From positions 186,001-250,000 of IMG/VR virus record IMGVR_UViG_3300027759_000046: a stretch of DNA of 64,000 nucleotides; one strand, written 5' to 3'. Below are positions 55,809-64,000 of this stretch, in pieces. Every line of letters begins with the position of its first letter. Positions within the stretch are counted from its first letter, which is position 1. The notes under the pieces were generated by a model. It was given only the letters and a program-made list of their open reading frames with translations. It did no database searches and was not told where the DNA came from. The translations under genes were made by a program, and so were the position numbers.

Positions 55809-56531
55809 TTACTTAAAGAATTTATGATTAGGGTTTTCGTCTTTCCATTTTTCGTAGCGTTCTGTGATTTGCACCAAGATTTTATTACGAACAATATCTT
55901 CGTCTCCAAATTGATGTATTCCTATTCCATTTATACCTGTCATTAATTTGATAAAATCAGGTAAAGCTACTTTACTCTTATTGATGTCATATTGGCTTAC
56001 ATCTCCGCAAATTAAAGTTTTAGAATCCTTGCCCATTCGGGTTAAAAACAACATCAGTTGTTTAAAATCAGCATTCTGAGCCTCATCTAAAATCATTAAG
56101 CAATTATCAAAAGTAGCGCCTCTCATGTAGGCAAGCGGTCTAAATTCAATAACGCCAGCGCCTTCGAGCCAATTAACCAGGTTTGGATCATGTAATATTT
56201 TTACCAAATTCGATCGGTAACTTTCCATGAATGGGTCAATTTTATCCTTGATTTCACCAGGTAAGAATCCTAATTTTTCTCCAGATTCTTGAATGGGTTT
56301 AGATAGGATGATCTTTTTGATTTTGCCCGAAATATAGAGGTTTAGTGCAGCCAGACATGCTGTAAATGTTTTACTTGTCCCAGCAGGTCCATAACAAAAA
56401 GTTATGTCATTAGACAAAATTTGATTTAAGTACTTCTGTTGAGATGGTTTAAGAGTTACTGAGCGTAAATCTTTCTCTGTGATTTCAGTGACTGATTGTC
56501 GTTGTGATTTTTTAGCTGGTCTATTTGACAT
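55809..56531 (-). CDS. phoH: PhoH family ATPase
   Basis: GPAGTSKT, LGFLPG, LAYMRGATF, ILDEAQN, GDVSQYD, DIVRN; start MSNRP at 56531. Confidence 0.95.
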   Translation of the reverse strand: MSNRPAKKSQRQSVTEITEKDLRSVTLKPSQQKYLNQILSNDITFCYGPAGTSKTFTACLAALNLYISGKIKKIILSKPIQESGEKLGFLPGEIKDKIDPFMESYRSNLVKILHDPNLVNWLEGAGVIEFRPLAYMRGATFDNCLMILDEAQNADFKQLMLFLTRMGKDSKTLICGDVSQYDINKSKVALPDFIKLMTGINGIGIHQFGDEDIVRNKILVQITERYEKWKDENPNHKFFK

Positions 56532-56820
56532 TTCTTTTGGTTTTTTTAATTGGTGTTTGTATTTTGACTTGTAGATCTTTGCAACGTTGACATGCTTCGT
56601 AATCTTCCAGACTTTCAAATAGAGCAAGGGCCTTTTCAAGACAGTCTGGCCAATCTTCTCTATTTGCAATTACATCCAGTGCTTCTTCCATTATCTGCAA
56701 CTTTTTGATGTAGATTCGTGGAGCTCCTTTTTTATGAGCACTATCTATTGCATCAACGATTTGACTAAAAATACTGTGTTTATTGTCCAGGTAATTTCGG
56801 ACCTCATCTATCTTCTTCAT
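56521..56820 (-). CDS. hypothetical protein with UVR-like motif
   Basis: LEKALALFESLEDYEACQRCKDL. Confidence 0.7.
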   Translation of the reverse strand: MKKIDEVRNYLDNKHSIFSQIVDAIDSAHKKGAPRIYIKKLQIMEEALDVIANREDWPDCLEKALALFESLEDYEACQRCKDLQVKIQTPIKKTKRNVK

Positions 56821-58767
56821 TTACGTATTTCCATAGAATTTTTGTAAAGTCTCCTTGTAATAGTCAACGTAGCTGGAATCTGCCTGCTGTGCAGTTGACG
56901 GCCTCTTTGCTACGCCTGACTGATTTAGATTTCTTAGTGTATCAAAATCGTACTTGGAATCTTTAGCTAAATATACTTCATTTAGGAACCTTGAGTAGAC
57001 TTCTGCTAAATATTCTTTTGGCTGATTGTCAAGTTCTTCATTTGCAATCTCCCAGAAGTTTGGAGACTCAAAGAACGATGATGTGTTTACGCAAGTCATC
57101 GCCAAATCGTCATTACCGCTTTGGCTGCGATATGAACCGTTTGATGATTTACCGAATGATCCAAGTTCGTGAATTGTCTTAAATTCATTTGGCAAGATCT
57201 TATTAACTGCTGCAAGATACTTAAATCTCTCGCAGAATTTTATCTTATTTGTCATTGTTAATTTTAGGCCAGGTTTCCAGGCTTGAGCAGATTCAGTATG
57301 CTTTGAAAAGACTAGCATGCCGTTCCAATAGGCTTCGTTTTTTGTGATTTTGTCCATCACATACTCGCCCTTATGATTTAATTCAATTAGCATCCTAACC
57401 TTGTCTGGATTAAATATGTTGAATATAATATGCTCTAGCGAATTGCAGAATTCGTTAATATCTTTTTTATTGGTTCGGAACGTTGCAACTTGCACTAGCG
57501 CAAAGATATCAGTTTCATTTTTAATAAAGTCTTTTACCTGTTCCAACATTTTGATAGGTAGTGCAACGAACTTAAACACGTTAACTACTGAAAAGTCTCG
57601 ACTCAGTCCATCGGCTGTATCTACCGAAATTACATAATAGCTGGGATCAGCCTTAATGTCATCTGGGCTTAACTTGTTGAAGTTAGGGTGAACTGAAATT
57701 CCGTCTAATAGTTCCAATCTATCTGGAGTTTGGGACCATTCTGGGATGACGTAGTCTGTGCGGAGATTAAAGATCTTTTTAAGATCCTTTGACGGTAATA
57801 AGAGCTTATCAGATGAGAAAAACTGTAATCCATATTCTTGATTAAAATCTTCTTCTGACCCCAAGTTTGCAATTGTCATCTTCTTCCAAGCATCATCACG
57901 ACCTGGCACCTGCCACCAGTCCACTCTTAGCGGAACGTATGCGTTCTTTTGCTCGAGAGCGTCCATGTAGATTTCATAAAAACGGTTCATTCCATTTGGA
58001 GTTGAGGTTATTATAATCTTGGAATTGGATGAGGCTGAAATAGTAGGATAAATTGCTCGATAAAAGAAGTCAAGGTACGATGGATTGATGTGAGCAAACT
58101 CATCTATGTATAGTACGTGAATCGTAAAACCAATACCAGTATTTTTGGTAGTAGTACGACCAATTAAACGACACCCATTATCAAATTTCATGGACATTAC
58201 GTTATTTGAAATGCAACCAGGTTTTAGGAAGAACGGTAAGTTCTCGAATACTGACTTGATTTTATCAAGTACCTCTTTGGTAGTAGACGCGATATTGGCT
58301 ACCGCTAATACGTTTTTATCGGTATGGAATAGTAGGTACCATGCAACGAATACGCCAGACATAACTGTCTTACCGATCTGACGACTTGCCATCAAGCAGT
58401 TAAAACGATTATTCTTAAACGATCTAATAATCTCTTCTTGATAGTCTCGAAGCGTGATTTGCTGAATTCCCTCTTCTGTCATTACCTGCGCGTACTTGCT
58501 AGCAAAATAAACTGGATCAGCTTTACATCGCTTAATCTCGTCTATCTCTTCTGGCGTGTATTCGAAAACGATATTCGCTTTCTTCCAGACAGGATCATTA
58601 TCTTTAAATGGGGAATTCTTGATTGTCTTAACGTCAATTAAGCCGTTTTCGAAATCTTCAAGTAGTTGGTCTACTTTGGCTGTCGTCCAGATTGCGTTAT
58701 TCTCTTGATCAAGATTTGATAGCTTAATCCTAGAGGACCCGCCTGCGTTTGTTAGAAAATCTTTCAT
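56821..58767 (-). CDS. terL: terminase large subunit (T4 gp17-like)
   Basis: CKADPVYFA, LRDYQ, ASRQIGKT (Walker A), LYIDEFAHI (Walker B), ITSTPNG, FNQEY, SVDTADG, NDDLAM. Confidence 0.95.
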   Translation of the reverse strand: MKDFLTNAGGSSRIKLSNLDQENNAIWTTAKVDQLLEDFENGLIDVKTIKNSPFKDNDPVWKKANIVFEYTPEEIDEIKRCKADPVYFASKYAQVMTEEGIQQITLRDYQEEIIRSFKNNRFNCLMASRQIGKTVMSGVFVAWYLLFHTDKNVLAVANIASTTKEVLDKIKSVFENLPFFLKPGCISNNVMSMKFDNGCRLIGRTTTKNTGIGFTIHVLYIDEFAHINPSYLDFFYRAIYPTISASSNSKIIITSTPNGMNRFYEIYMDALEQKNAYVPLRVDWWQVPGRDDAWKKMTIANLGSEEDFNQEYGLQFFSSDKLLLPSKDLKKIFNLRTDYVIPEWSQTPDRLELLDGISVHPNFNKLSPDDIKADPSYYVISVDTADGLSRDFSVVNVFKFVALPIKMLEQVKDFIKNETDIFALVQVATFRTNKKDINEFCNSLEHIIFNIFNPDKVRMLIELNHKGEYVMDKITKNEAYWNGMLVFSKHTESAQAWKPGLKLTMTNKIKFCERFKYLAAVNKILPNEFKTIHELGSFGKSSNGSYRSQSGNDDLAMTCVNTSSFFESPNFWEIANEELDNQPKEYLAEVYSRFLNEVYLAKDSKYDFDTLRNLNQSGVAKRPSTAQQADSSYVDYYKETLQKFYGNT

Positions 58768-59501
58768 ATCAGTGAGTTAACGTCATCTGAAAAATCTTCT
58801 GGAGATTCTTCAGGCTTTATTACATCGGTGAGTCCACGTTCGTTCATTACTTCAGTTTTTCTACCGGGGTGGGTTAAGTGTCGAGAGTCCTCTTCATCTT
58901 CAACCTCTTCAGCCGTTATCTCTTTAATTAAATTTTTTGTTCCTGCTGTGATGTAGTAATCGCTAGTTGAGGCAAGTAACGGAGTTACTGAACCAGATCC
59001 ACCAGACGACTTTTGTTCAATATCACTATGCATCTTTTTATAAGTATCTTCCAGGAATAAGATATAGTTTGCTTGAGTTTTAATAACTGTTGTCAGCTTA
59101 TCTTGTAATTGACCAAATACCTCAAATAGACGAGGGTGGGCATTACCTTGATTAATCTCCTCGGCAATTTTTTCAATTGCCATTCGAATCGTCTTTAACT
59201 GAAAGAAAATATTTTGGATATTTGTATTATCTAGATTCTGTTTTTGACGTAAGTAATCATGTTTGTCTAGAACACCTAGATCAACATAGAACTTTAACAT
59301 TGATCCAGTAATATCCTTTGCCTGTTTTTCAAATTGAGAGTTCATCTCAACGAAATCTAACGGCGGGGCTGCTGCGATTTCTCCAAGCTGCTCGTCAACG
59401 ATATCGTCTTCTCCATTTGGACCTGTTGAGTAACCTCGTAGGAGATCCTCTAACTCACTTTTGATTTGAGCTTTCTTTTGCTTATCGAATACTTGACTCA
59501 T
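58764..59501 (-). CDS. probable terminase small subunit (T4 gp16-like)
   Basis: Directly upstream of terL with ATGA overlap; HPRLFEVFGQL resembles the gp16 PR.YEV motif. Confidence 0.6.
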   Translation of the reverse strand: MSQVFDKQKKAQIKSELEDLLRGYSTGPNGEDDIVDEQLGEIAAAPPLDFVEMNSQFEKQAKDITGSMLKFYVDLGVLDKHDYLRQKQNLDNTNIQNIFFQLKTIRMAIEKIAEEINQGNAHPRLFEVFGQLQDKLTTVIKTQANYILFLEDTYKKMHSDIEQKSSGGSGSVTPLLASTSDYYITAGTKNLIKEITAEEVEDEEDSRHLTHPGRKTEVMNERGLTDVIKPEESPEDFSDDVNSLI

Positions 59502-59507
59502 ATAATA

Positions 59508-59753
59508 TTAGTTTATGCGGTTTTCGTTTTTATCTAGTGCAGGATTAGCAAATATTTTGATCTGCTTAACTGCTTCAATGTGTTCGTAAATGTAGGTTTC
59601 AAGATAGCTCATGAAGCCGTCTAGTATTGGATTTGCACCAAACATTTGGTTAGACAAAGTCTTCTTTAGAATTGAGTCTTTGTACTTAAAACCCAGATGC
59701 AGGCGTTTGTCCTTGCGATTGTATATTGTCCAGTAGAGAGAATTTCTTATCAT
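59508..59753 (-). CDS. hypothetical baseplate-associated protein
   Basis: 81 aa, coupled to the wedge gene. Confidence 0.65.
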   Translation of the reverse strand: MIRNSLYWTIYNRKDKRLHLGFKYKDSILKKTLSNQMFGANPILDGFMSYLETYIYEHIEAVKQIKIFANPALDKNENRIN

Positions 59754-61438
59754 TATACGATTCCTAATTTTTTACGAACTACTTTCTGTGATTTAATTTC
59801 AATATTTAGTGCACCTAACGAGCCGTCAGATAGTCCAGTTTGATATGCATTACCGTTTCGATCGGACCAACCTCCTCTGATTACTGGGAATTCGGCTGAT
59901 TTAATTATAATATCATTAAATTCGTCTAGTCCAACTCTATCAGTTTCACGTCTATTCGGCCTTTCCGTAAAAGCAACCTCATTCAGTTCAGATAGTATTG
60001 TGATGCTCACTGAGTCAACACCATTTACCTCCTCAACTATTTTAATTAGATCACTCTTTGGAACACGGTCGTTTCGGTTAAGTTTAATAAAGTAGTTGCC
60101 GACTGCGTCTGAAATATCTGACTTAATAATATCATTTGAAACATCGTCAAATGCAATAACGCTGATGTTTAGCACGTATTTAGTAATAACTGGATCCAGC
60201 AAATTAATTTCACTTGAAATCATTTTTGTTCCAGAGCGTTCAATGTATTTTAGAAGCTCATTTTTTTGAAATTGAGTTAACGTGAATTTGGATAGAGCCA
60301 AGTTAAAATAGTCAGTTCCGGTTTTAAACATTTGCGAAACGTCTGGCACAAGAAATAAGTTAATCATTCTTGCGTCTAACTCATCTAGGAAAACTCTAAT
60401 GGTTGAGAACATCTGCATTTTGTGAAGTAGAACTTCGTAATTATCAACGTTAACTAATGCAAAATTCTTTGATGCTTTTGGCGCGATTAATCGAGTTAAG
60501 GCAATCTCTTCAGGATCAACACCAAAACTTGGTGGACTTACTGTGTAAATATCAAAATATTCATTAAGGTTTATCTCTTCTCCGATTGGAGAAAATGCAG
60601 TCTCAGCGAAAGTAAAGAATACTTGACTTGGATTATCAATTATGATATTTCCGCCAGCACCCTCTGATACTAAGTATTCAACAACGATTTCAGAACCGGC
60701 TGCTGGAATTTTACCAAATGAACCGTTTCCAAAATAGATGTCTAATCCATTAGTTATCCCGGTTTTAGCAATGAAACCTTTTCCGCCGCGAGGCATGTCT
60801 AACATTGACTCGTATTTGGTCCATTGTTCTCCATTGACATACACCTTAACCTTAAAATTATCGATGTAGTAATTATTTGGAAAACCTAACTGGTAACTCT
60901 CAAGAGCTTGGCCCTTTCCAGTAAAAGTTTGGGTCTCAATTTGACCTTGTCGCAGGCTAAAAACTGTTGGGGGTTCATTGCCTGTCAAGTTTAATCGGAT
61001 TTCATCTTGCGGTAATTCAATAACGTAGGTTAGGCCGTTATTATCGCAAGTTACCTTGAACAGATCGTTTAATAGGGCTTTATTAACGGGTGGAGTTATT
61101 CCAGGTTTTCTAACTACTCTGATCTGGGCAGTTGCGCCAATTGCACGGCTTGGATTGTGGCCTGCTAAACTTGCTAATGAATAGATTGAAGATGGTCGAG
61201 TTGCCTCATTGATATTCAACTCAGTAATTGAGTCTTCAATATAATAAAATATTAATTGGCTTAAGTTTTCAAAAACAATCAACAACTGACCAAATGGCGA
61301 AGCTGCCGTAAAGATGGTCTTTGCCTGCTTGAAACGATTCTGCAAGAATGTGATTGATTCTCCCAAGATATCGTTTATTCGGATCTTTAGGCTCGTGAAG
61401 AGTCTAAGTGATGTATTTTGACTTGATAGGTTTGCCAT
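59753..61438 (-). CDS. baseplate wedge subunit (T4 gp6-like)
   Basis: ATRPSSIYSLASLAGHNP, IYFGNGSFGKIP..G..I.VEYL.S.G..GN; GATAAATA at 61461(-). Confidence 0.8.
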   Translation of the reverse strand: MANLSSQNTSLRLFTSLKIRINDILGESITFLQNRFKQAKTIFTAASPFGQLLIVFENLSQLIFYYIEDSITELNINEATRPSSIYSLASLAGHNPSRAIGATAQIRVVRKPGITPPVNKALLNDLFKVTCDNNGLTYVIELPQDEIRLNLTGNEPPTVFSLRQGQIETQTFTGKGQALESYQLGFPNNYYIDNFKVKVYVNGEQWTKYESMLDMPRGGKGFIAKTGITNGLDIYFGNGSFGKIPAAGSEIVVEYLVSEGAGGNIIIDNPSQVFFTFAETAFSPIGEEINLNEYFDIYTVSPPSFGVDPEEIALTRLIAPKASKNFALVNVDNYEVLLHKMQMFSTIRVFLDELDARMINLFLVPDVSQMFKTGTDYFNLALSKFTLTQFQKNELLKYIERSGTKMISSEINLLDPVITKYVLNISVIAFDDVSNDIIKSDISDAVGNYFIKLNRNDRVPKSDLIKIVEEVNGVDSVSITILSELNEVAFTERPNRRETDRVGLDEFNDIIIKSAEFPVIRGGWSDRNGNAYQTGLSDGSLGALNIEIKSQKVVRKKLGIV

Positions 61439-61502
61439 CGGTAACGGACTTCTTTTTGATTATTTATCAGCCCAATCTTTTCTTTGCAAAACCATGACCT
61501 TG

Positions 61503-61524
61503 GATAAATACTTTTAGTATAATA
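61503..61524 (+). promoter_or_regulatory. tandem promoters for tmRNA (late-type and TATAAT-type)
   Basis: GATAAATA at 61503-61510 and GTATAATA at 61517-61524. Confidence 0.55.
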
Positions 61525-61538
61525 CTTTTATACTACAT

Positions 61539-61907
61539 GGGGGTGCTTGGATTTGACGCGGATGGTTCAAGTATGCTCGCACGCCGAGGATGATGCTAAG
61601 ACTCGCTAAAACGTATCAAAACGATAAGTGGAAACACTAACTTCTGGAGCCTAGTTAACGCTGGCGTTAGCACTCCGGTTACTGAAGAGCTTTTAGCTGC
61701 ATAAGTAACCAAGCGGCAACTGCTTGACCGAACCAAAGTTGCAAAACCAGCATGGCGTAGCGGCCAAGTCTAACCGTTACCGACTTTTAGCTCTAAGTCG
61801 TTAAAGAATGAGATAGTTGGTCCAGTTAGAAAATGGGACTAAGCGTGTGAACGAGAGTTTACTCGAAAATCTTGCGGACACGGGTTCGACTCCCGTCACC
61901 TCCACCA
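61539..61907 (+). ncRNA. ssrA: tmRNA (transfer-messenger RNA)
   Basis: 5' GGGGGTG pairs with CACCTCC-ACCA 3' including a G3:U wobble; GGATTTGAC; T-arm GGGTTCGACTCCC; tag ORF 61630-61704 GNTNFWSLVNAGVSTPVTEELLAA*. Confidence 0.95.
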
Positions 61908-61913
61908 TGTCTT

Positions 61914-61945
61914 AAAGGCTTCCATTACGGAAGCCTTTTCTTTTT
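61914..61945 (+). terminator. intrinsic terminator after tmRNA
   Basis: AAAGGCTTCC-atta(c)-GGAAGCCTTTTCTTTTT. Confidence 0.85.
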
Positions 61946-61971
61946 AGACAGCCTGATTGATAAATAAGAGT

Positions 61972-62724
61972 ATGAAGGCACTTAACACCGACGATATTTT
62001 TTTAAGGAATTTAACAATAGCTCTACTTGATCTCCTGAATGGATCAATGACACTTTCTCTGTCTAGAGACGATCATAAAGAGACATTCTCTGTTCCATTT
62101 CTCTATAATTTTGGAACTGATGAGGGTTTCTTAAAGGATTTTTATATTGGACTCCCAGACAACTGTCAAATCCCAGTAGCCGAAGGCACTTACGATATTA
62201 TTCCAAGAGGAATTGTTACCCTAGGATCATTTCAGGTAAAATCATCAGATATTACAAATCGATTCATTCGTGGACAGTACTCCGAATTGGAACGCGGACC
62301 AAACGATCAAAACGTTTTAACTGGATATTCTGCTCAACTCTATTCTCTACCAATGTCAGTTAAGTTTGACGTAAAGATTATTTGCGATAACTTAAATAAA
62401 GCATTCAAGATTGCTGAGAGAATGTTAGACATTAATTACGCAAATCGTGTAATGTATTTTCAATACAATGGAGTTCGTATTCCGGCTCAATTCCAGTTTC
62501 CAACAAATGAAACGGTTGACAAGGTTTACAAATTTACAATGAATGAAAATAACAAGATCAATGTGAGTCTTTCAATTGATGTTGAGACCTATTTCCCAAG
62601 CTTTGAGCAGAGTTCTAAGAGGCTTAGCACAAATGTTATGGAAAGAGTTAATATCAATAAAAAGGACGATACTGGAAATAATATGACAAGCAGTTGGGTT
62701 GATCAAAATACACCTATCATTTAA
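61972..62724 (+). CDS. tail sheath terminator/completion protein (T4 gp15-like)
   Basis: SVPFLY, IPRGIV, PMSVKFDVKI, VETYFP; ATG 61972 after GATAAATA at 61959. Confidence 0.65.
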   Translation: MKALNTDDIFLRNLTIALLDLLNGSMTLSLSRDDHKETFSVPFLYNFGTDEGFLKDFYIGLPDNCQIPVAEGTYDIIPRGIVTLGSFQVKSSDITNRFIRGQYSELERGPNDQNVLTGYSAQLYSLPMSVKFDVKIICDNLNKAFKIAERMLDINYANRVMYFQYNGVRIPAQFQFPTNETVDKVYKFTMNENNKINVSLSIDVETYFPSFEQSSKRLSTNVMERVNINKKDDTGNNMTSSWVDQNTPII

Positions 62725-63506
62725 TGAAGTACTTATTAGAATTTAAAACATTTACAATTACTGAAGGCGGTAACGCTTTTCCTGATGCACAAAGCCTTGA
62801 TCGTGGCGCGGTTGAACCGGCTTTTGCTAAATTCCAAGATGCAATGTCAAATGTATTTGGCAAAGCTGAACTTGAATTAATTGGTTCATGGAAACAAAAA
62901 GAAGTATCTGGTGATCTAGATACTCTATTCTATTCTGACTTAACTCTTCCTGAGATCTCAGCAAAAGTTCAAGAAGCAGGATACGAAACCAAGATATTTT
63001 ATGGATTTAATATTGTGTCCGTTAAATTTGAAATTTCACCAGAGCATTTTGTTCAATTTGATATGTTCGTTAGGCCGATGGACACCAACCGTGATGTAAA
63101 CGATTTGTTCTATAAATCAACTGATGAAGAACGGTATTCAACAAAGCATCGTGTCTTTTTGATCTTTTGTGCGCTAGATTCTATGAAGTTTGATAAGATT
63201 GAAAAAGACGGTGTGTTAACTCATTTTAAAGGTTATATGCTTCGACCTGACGGTCTCTATCAATTCACGAAAGAGATGAAGAAGATTAATTATAAGATTA
63301 TGGATCGCCAAAAGTTAACCGACGACCTTGATCAAATTTCGTTGATCTTATTTGGTAAAGTCTATCCGTATCAACAATGGAATACTTACGAAAAGACTCT
63401 CACCTTGCTTGAGAAGAATCCTAAATTAGACATGAAGACTATTCTTGACGAATATCGTGCTAAATTGGATGAAGAAGGTCTTGTGGTTCCAGGTGGAATC
63501 AGTTAA
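62724..63506 (+). CDS. nucleotidyltransferase-like protein
   Basis: Leader MKYLLEFKTFTITE-GGNAF; LIGSW..K..SGDLD...VQFDMF. Confidence 0.65.
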   Translation: MKYLLEFKTFTITEGGNAFPDAQSLDRGAVEPAFAKFQDAMSNVFGKAELELIGSWKQKEVSGDLDTLFYSDLTLPEISAKVQEAGYETKIFYGFNIVSVKFEISPEHFVQFDMFVRPMDTNRDVNDLFYKSTDEERYSTKHRVFLIFCALDSMKFDKIEKDGVLTHFKGYMLRPDGLYQFTKEMKKINYKIMDRQKLTDDLDQISLILFGKVYPYQQWNTYEKTLTLLEKNPKLDMKTILDEYRAKLDEEGLVVPGGIS

Positions 63507-64000
63507 TCAAATTCCAATTCCAAATCAAAATTGAAATACTTAAAATCTACAGTAAATGTCTGAAATTGTGGAGTAACTGACGAGTACGATAGAGTTATTG
63601 CACTCATTTGAGTAATCATTGGTCGGTTAAAGATAATTGAACTTACTCCATACCCTTCATTATTTAAAAGAGTTAATCTGATCGGGCTAAAATACGGATG
63701 GTTGCCGTGTCTGATTGGACTATTTGTTAGAGCTTGACCCAACGAATTGCCTGTATTCTTTTCGCTTGTGTTTGCAGGCTCAAGGTAATTAAGTAACGTA
63801 TCCATCATGATGAAATAGTTTAAGTAGGCATCAGTTAACTTAAAAGTTAATTTAAGATCCCTATTAAACATGTCAGCAATGGGCTTTGAAGATTGAACTT
63901 CTTGTATTTTACCAAGAGTTCTGGTCTGAGTCGGCAATTGGCTTGTTAATCCAGGAAAGGTTACGCTCTGAATAGTTGATGCCATAAAATCTGAAATTGA
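63503..64000 (-). CDS. tail tube-like/tail completion protein (gp3/gp19 fold), probably truncated by the window edge
   Basis: QSVTFPGL...LTFKL...LLNN...F......LS...FTVDFKY; frame stays open to 64000. Confidence 0.55.
   Translation of the reverse strand, partial: SISDFMASTIQSVTFPGLTSQLPTQTRTLGKIQEVQSSKPIADMFNRDLKLTFKLTDAYLNYFIMMDTLLNYLEPANTSEKNTGNSLGQALTNSPIRHGNHPYFSPIRLTLLNNEGYGVSSIIFNRPMITQMSAITLSYSSVTPQFQTFTVDFKYFNFDLELEFD

Noticed and set aside
55809-56669. ORF-track long starts for phoH (56669) and for 9847, 10233, 13192, 30234 and 61957
   Set aside because: The extensions overlap neighbouring genes or promoter motifs; downstream ATGs give better starts.
56821-58767. intein or intron in terL (also checked thyA)
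   Set aside because: Motifs run continuously with no C/S...HN intein ends or frame breaks; the extra segments in thyA are short in-frame insertions.
61875-61907. stand-alone tRNA
   Set aside because: The T-arm and CCA pair with the 5' end at 61539 and there is no anticodon arm; it is the 3' end of tmRNA.
1-64000. stop-codon reassignment (alternative genetic code) as seen in some large phages
   Set aside because: Conserved genes (thyA, ligase, terL, uvsE, phoH) are full length in the standard code and coding density is high; TAG and TGA both end genes at sensible positions.

Overview
This window is part of a large, AT-rich, T4-like (Caudoviricetes, myovirus-type) jumbo phage genome, probably infecting a Bacteroidota host. 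The host inference rests on a Bacteroidota-type bS21, DUF4494 and DUF3127 genes and one TAnnTTTG promoter. The right end carries head and tail genes (TerL, probable TerS, gp6-like wedge, gp15-like, gp26/gp51-like), an ECF-type sigma factor, PhoH and a complete tmRNA. The middle carries DNA metabolism and repair genes (ThyA, Gmk, ATP-dependent ligase, Fpg/Nei, UvsE, MBD4-like glycosylase, exonucleases). Main unusual observations: (1) about 22 unrelated proteins share a T4 capsid-targeting-like N-terminal leader (MKxIKxFxxFINE) and mostly follow an RATAAATA late-promoter motif, suggesting a large head-packaged cargo that includes annexin-like repeats, peptidoglycan binders and hydrolases, nucleotidyltransferases and a GNAT; (2) an unannotated ~415-nt highly structured candidate ncRNA at 28046-28459(-); (3) a phased CCNGG array with ~11-bp period at a strand switch; (4) an HDAC, a GNAT and a PAAK-rich protein within 7 kb; (5) an FkbM methyltransferase / MBD4-like glycosylase / glycosyltransferase operon; (6) apparently leaderless TATAAT-N6-7-ATG genes. 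All family assignments come from motif recognition by eye; no database searches were run.
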